DNA from: Rhodospirillales bacterium
GTDB lineage: Bacteria > Pseudomonadota > Alphaproteobacteria > Bin95
Direction of reading: 5' to 3'
Assembly: GCA_038143065.1 (NCBI GenBank)
Contig: JAYQLI010000035.1
Span: 2,368,894 to 2,432,893 of the forward strand
DNA: 64,000 nucleotides
How positions within the stretch are numbered: the stretch's first letter is position 1; each line of letters opens with the position of its first letter. A model generated the notes under the pieces. It was not told the origin of the DNA, searched no databases, and worked only from the letters and a program-made list of their open reading frames with translations. The translations under genes and the position numbers were made by a program. This document shows, piece after piece, positions 48,668 to 59,427 of this stretch.

Positions 48668-49153
48668 ATGAATCACGACAATTATTCAAATCAGTATATC
48701 CGAGAAATCCTAACGGACTCACGTGTTGTGGCTATGGTTGGGGCAAGTCCAAATTGGAATCGACCTAGTTTTTTTGTGATGAAATATCTCCAGGCAAAGG
48801 GTTTTCGTGTACTTCCAATTAACCCAGCTGCCGAAGGTCAAGAAATTTTGGGCGAGACTGTGTATGCTTCTTTAGAGCAGCTGCCGTGCAAGGTGGACTT
48901 GGTTGATATCTTCCGAAATTCCGAGGCGGCCGGGTCTATAACAGATCAAGCGATCAAAATTAACGCAAAGGCGGTTTGGATGCAGTTAACGGTCCGTAAT
49001 GATGCTGCGGCAGCTCGAGCGGAGAAAGCTGGACTTAAAGTTGTTATGAACCGATGCCCAAAGATTGAGTTTGCCCGTCTAAATGGCGAAATTGGGTGGT
49101 CTGGAGTAAATTCTGGAGTTATCTCGTCCAAGCGCCGCAAAATTTCCTTGTGA
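48668..49153 (+). CDS. CoA-binding protein (YccU-like)
   Basis: VGASPNWNRPS, VDIFR, VWMQL and VVMNRCPKIE. Confidence 0.9.
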   Translation: MNHDNYSNQYIREILTDSRVVAMVGASPNWNRPSFFVMKYLQAKGFRVLPINPAAEGQEILGETVYASLEQLPCKVDLVDIFRNSEAAGSITDQAIKINAKAVWMQLTVRNDAAAARAEKAGLKVVMNRCPKIEFARLNGEIGWSGVNSGVISSKRRKISL

Positions 49154-49160
49154 GGAGAAA

Positions 49161-50448
49161 ATGAGTAGTGACGGTTTATACGGGTTTGAAACCCTAGCAA
49201 TTCATGCAGGCTCAACACCTGATCCAGCTACTGGTGCCCGTTCCACACCTATTTATCAAACGACCTCCTATGTTTTTGATGATACCGATGCAGCAGCTTC
49301 TTTATTCAACCTACAGACATATGGATACATATATTCACGCCTAGGAAATCCTACCGTAGCTGTCCTAGAGGAGCGAGTGGCAGCTCTTGAGGGCGGCCGT
49401 GGTGCAATTGCAACTTCTTCAGGTCATGCTGCTCAGCAGCTTGCCCTATTCACATTGATGGAGCCGGGCGACCGCTTTGTGGCATCTAACAAGCTTTATG
49501 GCGGTTCGGTGACGCAGTTCACCCGCACTTTCAAAAAATTTGGCTGGGAATGCGATATGGTCGATACCGAGGACCTCGCTAGAGTCAGAGCAGCGCTAGA
49601 CAAGCCAACATGTAAGGCACTTTTTGTGAAAGCCTCGCTAATCCTGGTGGTGTGATTTCAGATATTGAGACATTAGCTGGATTAGCTCACGACGCTGGGG
49701 TTCCTCTGATCGTTGATAATACTATGGCTAGTCCTGCTCTTTGCCGGCCGATTGAGTTCGGCGCGGACATTGTGATTCACTCAACAACCAAGTTCATTTC
49801 AGGCCATGGCAATGCGATGGGGGGATGATCGTCGACAGTGGGAAATTCAATTGGGCCCAGAACGAAAAATTTCCTAGTCTTACCAAACCTGAAGCAGCGT
49901 ATCACGGCCTTGTTTTCTTTGAAACTTTTGGTGATTTAGCTCTAACGGTGCATGGCCATGCAGTTGGCTTGCGTGACCTAGGGCCAGCTATGGCACCAAT
50001 GAATGCATTCCTAGCGATTACTGGCGCAGAGACACTACCTTTGAGGATGCTGCGTCACTGCGAGAATGCAGAGATAATTGCTAACTATCTTCAAAATCAC
50101 CCCAAGGTTGCCTGGGTTTCTTATGCAGGGTTAGAAGGCAATAAATACCGTCCTCTTGCTGAAAAGTACCTGGGTGGGAAGGCAGGTAGTGTTTTTACCT
50201 TTGGGGTAAAAGGCGGTTATGAGGCAGGAATGAAGCTTGTTGAAGCTTGTGAGCTGTTTAGTCATTTGGCGAATATTGGGGATACAAGAAGCCTAATACT
50301 TCACCCTGCATCAACGACGCACCGTCAGTTGACTGCTGAGCAAGCGGAAGCAGCGGGTGCTGGAGCAGATGTTATTCGAGTATCTATAGGCTTAGAAACC
50401 GCGGCTGATTTGGTTCGAGATTTAGAACAAGCCTTCGAAGCGGTTTAA
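49161..50448 (+). CDS. metY: O-acetylhomoserine aminocarboxypropyltransferase / sulfhydrylase (frameshifts near 49625 and 49822)
   Basis: PIYQTTSY, YSRLGNPT, LYGG, VDNT and the PLP motif HSTTKF.SGHG (middle frame), plus ANIGDTRSLILHPASTTH. Confidence 0.9.
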
Positions 50449-50502
50449 TTTAAATTTGCTAGTAGTTTTAATGGTCTAAAGCATAAATGGGTGCGTTCAG
50501 AC

Positions 50503-51521
50503 TTAATTATTAAAGCCATCCAGGAAGGATGAGAGGTTTGATTCGAGGCTCGGAACATCATATCCACCCTCTTGGACTAGAAGTGTTGGAAGCCCAAGCT
50601 CTGACATCCTTCGGGCAATTTCACCAAAACAGGCAGTAGTAATATTAAGGCAGCCAATTGGGTCTTTTTCAAAGCCGTCGAAGCCTAATGACACAAGCAA
50701 GGCGCCAGGCTGATGGTCTTTTATCTTGTTCAAGGCTACTTCAAGCGCGGCGAGGAATTCGGTATCTCCAGTACCCTTAGGAAGAGGTAGGTTGAGGTTT
50801 TTATTCGCTCCTAATCCACTCCCAGTTTCGTTGGCATAACCCGCAAAAAAGGGGAAGTAATCACTTGGATCACCGTGCAGAGAAACAAAGAGAACATCGT
50901 TGCGTTCGTAGAAAATACTCTGGGTCCCGTTACCATGGTGTACATCTATGTCGAGGATGGCCAGTTGAGGCCAGCGTTGTGTCAAATGATTAGCTGCTAT
51001 TGCAACGTTGTTGAGATAACAGAAGCCTCCTGCAAGATCTGAGAAGGCATGGTGGCCTGGAGGACGGCAAAGAGCGTAAACTGCCGTTTCTCCGCTTAGC
51101 AATGCGTTTGCGGCTGTTAATGCTATATCTGCAGAAGCGAGAGAAGCTATCCAAGTTCCCTCAGCAATCGGGGCTGAGTTTGTAGCCATGTAGTATCCGG
51201 CTTGCCCCTGAATTCCTGTTGGCAGACCTGTCATACGCCGATTAGGCTGCGCGTACGGATGAACATAGGGTGTTGGATCGGGTAATTCCTGCCAACGGCC
51301 CCAAGCGGTTTTGAGAAATTCCAGGTACCCCTTGTCATGTATCGCTTCTATAGGCCCAAGTCCGTGGCTCACTGGAGGTTTCAGATCATGCCCCCAGTTG
51401 TTACCGCTGAAAGCAGGGCATAAGCGCGGGACGCAACTTCCCAATGAGGAATTGCTTGACCTCGACTTATTATTTCCGTGGGTTGGTGCGAAAGATGGGC
51501 ATCGCTCTGAACAACCAACAT
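50503..51521 (-). CDS. Histone deacetylase-family protein / acetylpolyamine amidohydrolase-like (frameshift near 51393)
   Basis: RPPGHHA, GGFCYLNN, DIDVHHGNGTQ, SLGFD and QEGGY. The true N-terminus MLVVQSDAHLSHQP starts at 51521. Confidence 0.88.
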
Positions 51522-51609
51522 TTCAATCTCTTCCTACTGGGCAAAGTCGGTACTCTAGAAACAGGTCTAAGGGCTGGCAACTCAGATCGGGTACGGATAT
51601 ACAAAATTC

Positions 51610-52280
51610 ATGAATATTCAAGTCATCAATATCGATGTCTGGGTCTTCGACCTGGATAACACTCTGTATAATCCACTGCGTTCAGACCTTATGCCTCAGA
51701 TGCATCAGCGTATGCAGGAATTTATCATGGCTGAGTTCAGCGTTGACCTTGCAGAAGCAGACCGACGCCGACAGTTCTATTATGAGCAGTACGGAACTAC
51801 GCTCCGGGGCTTGATGGAACACCATGGGCTCGACCCAGAAAAATTTTTGCCCTACTGCCACAAACTCGATTTGTCTGGGATAAGACCTGATAAACCGTTG
51901 GATAGCGCATTGTCGAACTTGCCAGGTAGGAAGATCATCTACACAAATGCCACGGAAGCGCATGCGATAGCGGTCATGGATCGCCTATGCATCTCAAGCC
52001 ATTTTGAAGCAGTGTTTGATATTGCCGATGCAAATTACCTGCCAAAGCCATATCTGCCATCATATGAACTATTTTTGAAGAAGCATGCCGTGGATCCTAA
52101 AAGAGCTGTAATGTTCGAGGATACGGCAAAGAACCTTAAGCCAGCTTACGAGCTTGGCATGAGCACCGTATGGATGAAAAATAGTCGTCCTGGGGCAATC
52201 CCAGACGAAAAAATCAGAACCATATTCAACATGTTGCGGAAGAATTGTCTGATTTCTTGAGAGATAAATTAATTTTTTGA
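51610..52280 (+). CDS. HAD-family pyrimidine 5'-nucleotidase (probable frameshift in A-run near 52208-52213)
   Basis: WVFDLDNTLY, YGTTLRGL, YTNA, PKP and MFEDT..NL..A.ELGM.TVW. Confidence 0.85.
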
Positions 52281-52414
52281 ACACCGACATATCATCTTAG
52301 TGCATCCCTGAGAGCTCTAACATAGGGATTGAACTAGAGGTGTTTGGCAAAGGCGATGACCAGAAACTTGAGAATTGAAAAACCTTAAGTCTAAGACAAA
52401 AATCGCGGTTTAAA

Positions 52415-53122
52415 TTAAATTGTTTCTGACTGACCTGCATCGGATGTTTTGGGTGAAACAATGCCACCCGAGACTACAAGTTTAATTCCTTCCTCGATTG
52501 TCATTTCTAACACCTGCACATCATCTTTAGGAACGAACAGCAGAAACCCTGATGTTGGATTTGGTGTTGTAGGCAAAAACACATTAACCATGGGCTGCTT
52601 GAGCTTGTGAGCTACTTCACCCTTAGTTGCGCCGGATACAAAACCTATCGCCCAAATTCCTTTCCTTGGATATTCGAGAAGCACTACTTGTCGAAATGCT
52701 GTTGCCCGTTTGGCTAATACGGTTTCAAGGACCTGCTTAATTGCACTGTAAACACTCCGTACAATGGGCATTTGGTTTAGGATGCGTTCACTTGTCCGGA
52801 GGAAAATGCGCCCCAAAAGACCGGCAGTTAGTGCGCCAATAATTATTAACCCAAGGAAAACAATCAGAAGACCTACACCCGGAATAGCAATTTTTGGATA
52901 CCAAGCGTCAGGCATTAGGTGTCTGGCGGCTCCTTCAAAGAATTGAAGGATCTGCCATGAAATCCAGGCAGTGACTGTTATCGGTGTCGTAACCAGAACG
53001 CCTGCTAAAAAATAGTTTCTTATTCGGGCATTAAATAAGCCTCTCCATATTGCAAATCTGATAGCGATTTTTTGACGTGAAGTCTGGCTTGTCTTTGGGT
53101 CAGACGTGCTTTCAGAACCCAT
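52415..53122 (-). CDS. DUF502 membrane protein
   Basis: RNYFLAG, RSVYSAIKQ, EYPRKG and FLPTTPNPTSGFL. Confidence 0.9.
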   Translation of the reverse strand: MGSESTSDPKTSQTSRQKIAIRFAIWRGLFNARIRNYFLAGVLVTTPITVTAWISWQILQFFEGAARHLMPDAWYPKIAIPGVGLLIVFLGLIIIGALTAGLLGRIFLRTSERILNQMPIVRSVYSAIKQVLETVLAKRATAFRQVVLLEYPRKGIWAIGFVSGATKGEVAHKLKQPMVNVFLPTTPNPTSGFLLFVPKDDVQVLEMTIEEGIKLVVSGGIVSPKTSDAGQSETI

Positions 53123-53290
53123 TAGCTGCTCTTTCAGTAATCTGCATCAATAATAGGATCAATTACAGAACATGAAATGGCTGTAATAAAAAAGATATGA
53201 ACATCTTGTTCAGCAATCCACTTTTGTAACTGGTCGATGGGCAGGTATGCTGAGGTCAGCTCTTACCTATCTGAAAGTAAAATCTAAATT

Positions 53291-54700
53291 ATGGAAACTT
53301 CCTCTCTTCCCTCTCTTTCGTGGCAGGATATAGAACGATCATAGCGAAAGCCAAACGGCGCCCAAAAAATGGCGGAAAAAGTTTTGGCTGCAATAGAAGA
53401 TACGTGGGATGCCAATGCTTATCGGATTGTTAATTCAGAGAGTTTTGGCAGAAGCCATTGCAGCGGATGAACGTCGAAAGGTAGATCAAAGTGCCTCGCC
53501 CCTAATGGGCTTGCCTGTTTCAGTGAAAGACCTTTTTGTTGTTGAGGGTTATGATACGATGGCAGGCACTCCAAAAGCTTTAGATGAGTGTCTCGGAGGT
53601 GAAGGTCCAGTTGTAAGATCACTCCGCGACGTAAACGTTGTCGTAACTGGGAAGACACACACCGTTGAATTTGCGTTTGGGGGCATTGGAACAAATCCTC
53701 ATCATCCAACCCCGATTAATCCGTGGGACTCAGCCCAAGCAAGAGTCCCTGGGGGGTCTAGTTCTGGTGCGGGAGTAAGTCTTTGGTCAGGTACAGCAGC
53801 TCTAGCGCTTGGCTCAGATACGGCGGGATCAGTTCGTGTGCCTGCCAGTCTCAATGGCTGCATTGGTCTAAAAACTACTCACGGTCGTTGGGCTTTAGAC
53901 GGTATAGCCCCTCTCTGTCCAAGCTTAGATACAGCTGGGCTTTTGGCGCTGGATGCCGAAATAATTGCGGAAGCTTTTAAGGTAATTGATCCCAAAATTA
54001 GTAAAGATTCCTCTGCCTTTGATAGGTCATGGCCTGGGACAGTTAATGGAGTGCGTATTGGCATCCTGCGATCAGGTTTTGATGAAACGGAATGGGGATC
54101 GATAAGGTGACCGAAAAGGCTTTGAAAGAATTAGAGGCAGCGGGGGCAGTTCTTCAAGATATCGAATTGCCAGTGGCAGCCGATGCTTTGGAGTTATTTA
54201 AGGTTGGGGGTGTGGCAGGAATTGAATTTGCGGGCCTAATCTCAAACCGTTTTCCTGAGTGGCGAGATACTCTCGACCCAAATGTGCAGCAGCGCTTTGA
54301 GTCGTTAGAGAAAGCCACTGCAATTGAATACCTTCGTCGCTTGGATGCTCTTGCAGCAATGCAGTTGGGAGCAGCGCAGCGGTTATCTCAAGCTAATGTT
54401 GATGTTATCGCTTGCCCAGCTGTGCCTATTTCAGCTCCAACCCAACAGGAGGTCGCTGATGGAACTCGCTATGTGAATCGAAATATGCTTGCGTTGAGAA
54501 ACACAGTAGTTGGAAATTTCCTCAAAATGTCAGGCTTCACCATACCATGCGGTAAGGATGCTCTTAATCTGCCAGTCGGTTTAATGCTTATGGCTAATGG
54601 AGAAGCCGACGTCTTCACTGTGGGTTTATTGCTTGCAGTTCAACGGGTGCTTGGAAGGCCCTTTGATCGTCTGGGAGCTCCTCCAAGGTTTAATCTATAA
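53291..54700 (+). CDS. Amidase-signature family enzyme 1 (in-frame TAG at 53342; frameshifts near 53440 and 54095)
   Basis: Lys/cis-Ser/Ser triad motifs VSVKDL, GGSSSG and GSDTAGSVRVPA. ORFs 53409-54110 and 54092-54700 are consecutive parts. The start could alternatively be ATG 53369. Confidence 0.8.
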
Positions 54701-54710
54701 AGGATCACTA

Positions 54711-55496
54711 ATGTCTTATGCCCCATTTAATCTTGCAGGTAAGAAAGTCCTCATCACCGGGGGAAATAGTGGTATCGGTCTTGGGATGGCAGAAGCCCTG
54801 GCGGAGGCTGGTGCTGATATTGTAGTTTGGGGCACTGACCTGCGGAAAATTGAGGTTGCCCAGGATAGTCTTAACGCTAAAGGCATCCAGGCGCTCGGTC
54901 TCAAAGTAGATGTTTCAAGTGAGGAAGATACTGCTGAAAAGTTTGCACAAACCATCGATTTTCTAGGGGGACAGTTAAACGCCTGCTTTGCCAATGCTGG
55001 AGTTTCTTCCAATCGACGTGCAACTAAAGATGGTTTTGCCGCCATGTCTTACGATGAATGGCGTAGAGTGCTTGATGTCAATTTAGATGGTGTTTTCTTC
55101 ACCCTACGGGCAGCGGCCAAACAAATGGTTGATCAAGGTAAAGGCGGTTCACTTGCTGTTACATCCTCATTAGCTGCCATAATGGGTCAGGCAAGAGGAC
55201 AGCATTATGGCGCTACGAAAGGTGCGGTTATTGCAATGAGCCGAGCGTTGGCTGTGGAATATGGTAAGTTTGGCATTCGATCAAATGCCATCCTTCCAGG
55301 GTGGATAGAAAGTCCGATGACCCATAATACGCTTTCTTGGGATCGTTTTCAGGAGGCGGTTCTTCCACGGGTGCCAGCTGGAAGATGGGGTGAAAAAGAG
55401 GATTTCGGCGGGATTGCTGTTTACCTTGTTTCTGATGCTAGTCGTTATCACTCGGGCGATACCTTCGTGATAGACGGCGCCTACTCGTTGTTTTAG
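54711..55496 (+). CDS. Short-chain dehydrogenase/reductase
   Basis: TGGNSGIG, ANAG, YGATK and NAILPG. Confidence 0.9.
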   Translation: MSYAPFNLAGKKVLITGGNSGIGLGMAEALAEAGADIVVWGTDLRKIEVAQDSLNAKGIQALGLKVDVSSEEDTAEKFAQTIDFLGGQLNACFANAGVSSNRRATKDGFAAMSYDEWRRVLDVNLDGVFFTLRAAAKQMVDQGKGGSLAVTSSLAAIMGQARGQHYGATKGAVIAMSRALAVEYGKFGIRSNAILPGWIESPMTHNTLSWDRFQEAVLPRVPAGRWGEKEDFGGIAVYLVSDASRYHSGDTFVIDGAYSLF

Positions 55497-55507
55497 GAGG
55501 CAAATTG

Positions 55508-56310
55508 ATGGGCGATTTAGTCAAAATATCATGGATTGATCGGCCAGAAGGCGGAAAGTTAGCCAGAGTTATTATTAATGATCCTGGACGCTTAAATGCA
55601 ATGAGCCGGGTTCTAATGTTGGAATTCATTGAAGTAATGGACTCGATAGCGCTCGAAGATGACTGCCGTTGTGTCATTGTGGAGGGAGCTGGGGGTAGGG
55701 CTTTTGTAGGCGGCGCAAATATCTTTGAGCTTGGTGATTTGACTAAGGCAACAGCTCGTTCCTGTTGACATTGGTTCATCGCTGCTGCGATGGGCTTCGT
55801 AGATGCCCAGTTCCAACTATCGCAAAGGTGGATGGTTTTTGTATTGGTGCTGGTATGGAACTCGCAGCGGCTGCAGACTTACGGGTAGCCAGCGATACTT
55901 CAATTTTTGGAATGCCCGAAGTTGCAGTGGGTTTGCCATCAGTAGTCGAAGCTAGCCTCTTTCCTGGTTTGATTGGATGGGGACGTACACGCCAAATGAT
56001 GTTGACTGGTGAGAATATTGACGCCCAGACCGCAGAGCGTTGGGGTTTTATTGAGGCGGTAGCGCCAAAAGCTGCACTTGAGGCAGCAGTTGAGCGTTTT
56101 GTATTGCCGATTGTGAAGGCAGGTCCTCGAGCAATTCGAGCACAGAAGCAGCTAATGCGAAGCTGGGAAGCTATGAGCCCCGTAGATGCTGCTCGAGCTG
56201 GAATAGATGCTCTTGCAGACGCCTTTGATGATGATGAACCCAAACTTTTAACAGGACATGTGGTTAAAGAATTGTTGGCGAAGCGATTAGCAAAGGGGAA
56301 AGTTGAATGA
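55508..56310 (+). CDS. Enoyl-CoA hydratase/isomerase (crotonase) family (frameshift near 55760)
   Basis: LNAMS, AFVGGAN, GAGMEL and GMPEV.VGL (both catalytic Glu positions present). Confidence 0.85.
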
Positions 56311-56744
56311 AAAAGACAGTGATCCGTTCAGCTAAGGTGCCGGAGACAGGAGGTCCATTTAATCTATGTATTCGTCATGGAAATATGGTTTACGTATCCG
56401 GCCTTCCTCCTTTTCAAGAAGATTTTTGTGAAGGTCTTCGGTTGGCTAGATCAACTGGAGCACCTCTCCCTAAATATCAGCGAAAATCTATCGAGGATGA
56501 GGCGAGGATAGTCATGAACCATCTTAAATGGCTATTGGAGGAAGCGGGCTCTTCTCTAGATCACATGCTAAAAGTTGTTGTGTGGTTGCGAGATCAGCAG
56601 GACCAAGCTGCTTTTGATAAAGTGTATCGGTCTTATTTTAAATCAAATGAAGACCTTCCTACGAGAACAAGAATGCAGGCTGGAGGAACACCTTTCGATT
56701 GTGCCTTAGAAATCGACGCTATTGCATATGTGCCAGATGAGTAA
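56307..56744 (+). CDS. RidA/YjgF/RutC-family protein
   Basis: VYVSG, LEEAGSSLDHMLKV, PTRT (conserved Arg) and LEIDAIA. Confidence 0.85.
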   Translation: MKKTVIRSAKVPETGGPFNLCIRHGNMVYVSGLPPFQEDFCEGLRLARSTGAPLPKYQRKSIEDEARIVMNHLKWLLEEAGSSLDHMLKVVVWLRDQQDQAAFDKVYRSYFKSNEDLPTRTRMQAGGTPFDCALEIDAIAYVPDE

Positions 56745-56853
56745 CTGAAAAATATCAAGATGTGTGAAATACGTATTTGTTAGGTCTTGGACGTTTGCAG
56801 GAGTCGTGAAGATTCACCAGGTCCAGCAACAAAGTCGGTGTAAGGAAGATTAA

Positions 56854-58143
56854 ATGAAAATTGACAACCCAAGCCGTCTTGGTGCGCTTGAGGCGGCTAA
56901 ACTGATTGCTGCAGGTCATTTAACATCTGAAGTTTTGGTGAGAAGTTGCCTCGAGCGGATAGAGGCTCGCGATAGAGAGGTAGGCGCTTGGATTTCCTTA
57001 GAAGCTGATCGGGCAATTGCCGAAGCTAAGATGCGAGATTCTGAACCTGCAAGAAGCCCTCTTCATGGCATTCCGTTCGGTGTAAAAGATATCATAGATG
57101 CTGAGGGTTATAGAACTGGGATGGGTTCTCCGATTTACGATGACTCAGTTCCATTATTGCATGATGCAGCCTGTGTTGCTCTTGCTAAAGATGCGGGCAT
57201 GGTAGCTCTAGGTAAGACAGTAACAACAGAATTTGCTCTTCGTACCGCGGGCAAGACTCGTAATCCTCATCGATTGACACATTCCCCTGGGGGATCATCT
57301 TCCGGTTCGGCGGCTGCAGTGGCAGATTTTCAAGTGCCGCTTGCTATTGGCACTCAGACCGGCGGATCGGTTATCCGTCCAGCTTCATATTGTGGAGTAG
57401 TAGGCTTCAAGCCCACATTCGGTCGTATACCTCGTGCAGGTGTGAAAAGTGTTTCAGAGTCGCTGGACACGGTAGGTGTAATGGCAAGAAATGTTCAAGA
57501 TGCCGCAGCATTTTCGGCCATTCTAGAGGGCACTTCTGTGGTAGAGCTCTCTTGCTCTCAAGAGCGCCCTCGATTTGCATTTGCTAAGACACCAGCATGG
57601 GACTCTCTGTCTCCAGTAGCTCAAAAAGTGGGCCGTGATGTGGTGGAACATGCTCGTGCTGCAGGCGCTAGTGTGGTTGAAATTGATTTGCCTCCTATCT
57701 TCCGAGATGCACTTGAGGCTCAATCCTGCATCCAAACCTATGAGGCTACGCGTTCGCTGGCGTTTGAGCTTCGCAGACGCCCTGACGAGGTTAGTAAGGC
57801 ACTTAAGGATTATGTTTCCTCAGGCTCGGCCATGAAACGAAGCACTTACGATGAAGCTCGTAACATTCAAGCGAGCTGTCGTGCAGCTCTTTGGCCATTA
57901 CTGAGTGATTTTGGAGCTTTACTAACTCCTGCAGCACCAGGAGAGGCACCCGCTAATCCTTCTGATACAGGTTCCCCAATTGCAAATGCCATATGGACGA
58001 TGACAGGAGCGTCAGTGGTCGGAGTACCTGGCCTTTTGGGGTCTACCGGCCTTCCTGTTGGAATTCAGGTCATAGGCCCATCGGGACGTGCGGCAGCGAC
58101 CCTCTCGTACGCTCTCTGGCTTTCAGAGGTTCTTGGAAAATGA
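56854..58143 (+). CDS. Amidase-signature family enzyme 2
   Basis: GVKD, GKTVTTEFA, PGGSSSGSAAAV and GTQTGGSVIRPASYCG. Confidence 0.92.
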   Translation: MKIDNPSRLGALEAAKLIAAGHLTSEVLVRSCLERIEARDREVGAWISLEADRAIAEAKMRDSEPARSPLHGIPFGVKDIIDAEGYRTGMGSPIYDDSVPLLHDAACVALAKDAGMVALGKTVTTEFALRTAGKTRNPHRLTHSPGGSSSGSAAAVADFQVPLAIGTQTGGSVIRPASYCGVVGFKPTFGRIPRAGVKSVSESLDTVGVMARNVQDAAAFSAILEGTSVVELSCSQERPRFAFAKTPAWDSLSPVAQKVGRDVVEHARAAGASVVEIDLPPIFRDALEAQSCIQTYEATRSLAFELRRRPDEVSKALKDYVSSGSAMKRSTYDEARNIQASCRAALWPLLSDFGALLTPAAPGEAPANPSDTGSPIANAIWTMTGASVVGVPGLLGSTGLPVGIQVIGPSGRAAATLSYALWLSEVLGK

Positions 58144-59414
58144 ATGATTTAAGAGATGCGCTCGCTTTAGGGCGTGAGATTGCAGCTGGTCGTTTGACAG
58201 CAGTGAAGGTTCTTGAAGCTGCGCTTGCTCGTATCGAGTCGAGAGATAATGAGATCTTAGCGTGGAAATTGATAAACCCTGAACAGGCATTGGCGGAAGC
58301 AATGGCCAGGGATGCAGAGGAGCCAAAAGGACCTCTTCATGGAGTCCCTATTGGGGTCAAAGACGTACTGGATACGTCAGACATTGCCACGGGCTATGGT
58401 TCGGCAATTTATGAAGGAGCTTTACCATCCGCAGATGCTGCTGCAGTTGCGAATTTAAGGGCAGCGGGAATGGTAGTCCTTGGTAAAACTGTGACAACAG
58501 AATTTGCAATGCGTTTTCCTGGAGCAACGCGCAATCCAAATAATTTAGCTCATACCCCAGGTGGGTCATCTTCAGGTTCCGCTGCAGCAGTTGCTGACGG
58601 ACACGTTCCTCTCGCCATAGGCACACAAACCTCAGGGTCCGTTATTCGGCCCGCCTCCTATTGTGGCGTCATTGGTTTCAAGCCTTCTTGGGGGGCGGTG
58701 CCCCGTGCGGGCCTAAAAATGCTTGCCGAAAGTCTTGATACTATTGGGACAATGGCAAATTCTGCGGCAGATGCTGAAGCATTTGCACTAGCTCTTGCAG
58801 GACGGCCAATAAATCCAACAGCGCCTTTAGATCAGCCTCCACGAATTGGAATTTGTAGAACTGTTGCATGGCCTAATATTGAGCATGCGGGTTCTAGGGG
58901 ATTAGAGGAAGCAGCCACGTGTGCTGCTGCTGCAGGCGCTAAGGTAGTGGATGTTCAACTGCCAGAACCATTCGCCACAGCTTTAGAGGCCCATGATGTT
59001 GTAATGACATATGAGTCGCGAGGAATGCTCGCGTTTGAATGTGATCGCCACTGGGATCGTCTTTCACCCGCCCTGCAAGATGTAATGAAGCGTGGAATGA
59101 ACCACGACTGGCCAGCCTATCAGTCGGCGCTTGCCAATAGACGTGCGTGCAGGAAAAGCTTGGCTGATGCTTTTCAAGATGTGGATGTTCTCTTAACGCC
59201 TTCTGCTTTAGGGGAGGCTCCGAAAGGGCTTAGTTTTACTGGATCCCCTGACTTTAATCGTATCTGGACATTTGTTGGAGCGCCAAGCATCACAGTGCCT
59301 GGTTTGATGGGGCCGAATGGTTTGCCGGTTGGCACACAATTAATTGCCCCGTTAGGCCAAGACTCTCGAGTTATTGGAGCCGCTGGTTGGCTTCAAAACC
59401 TACTCCAAGCATGA
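58140..59414 (+). CDS. Amidase-signature family enzyme 3 (tandem paralogue of enzyme 2)
   Basis: GVKD, GKTVTTEFA, PGGSSSGSAAAV and GTQTSGSVIRPASYCG. ATGA overlap with the previous gene. Confidence 0.92.
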   Translation: MNDLRDALALGREIAAGRLTAVKVLEAALARIESRDNEILAWKLINPEQALAEAMARDAEEPKGPLHGVPIGVKDVLDTSDIATGYGSAIYEGALPSADAAAVANLRAAGMVVLGKTVTTEFAMRFPGATRNPNNLAHTPGGSSSGSAAAVADGHVPLAIGTQTSGSVIRPASYCGVIGFKPSWGAVPRAGLKMLAESLDTIGTMANSAADAEAFALALAGRPINPTAPLDQPPRIGICRTVAWPNIEHAGSRGLEEAATCAAAAGAKVVDVQLPEPFATALEAHDVVMTYESRGMLAFECDRHWDRLSPALQDVMKRGMNHDWPAYQSALANRRACRKSLADAFQDVDVLLTPSALGEAPKGLSFTGSPDFNRIWTFVGAPSITVPGLMGPNGLPVGTQLIAPLGQDSRVIGAAGWLQNLLQA

Positions 59415-59427
59415 GAGGTCACCGAAA

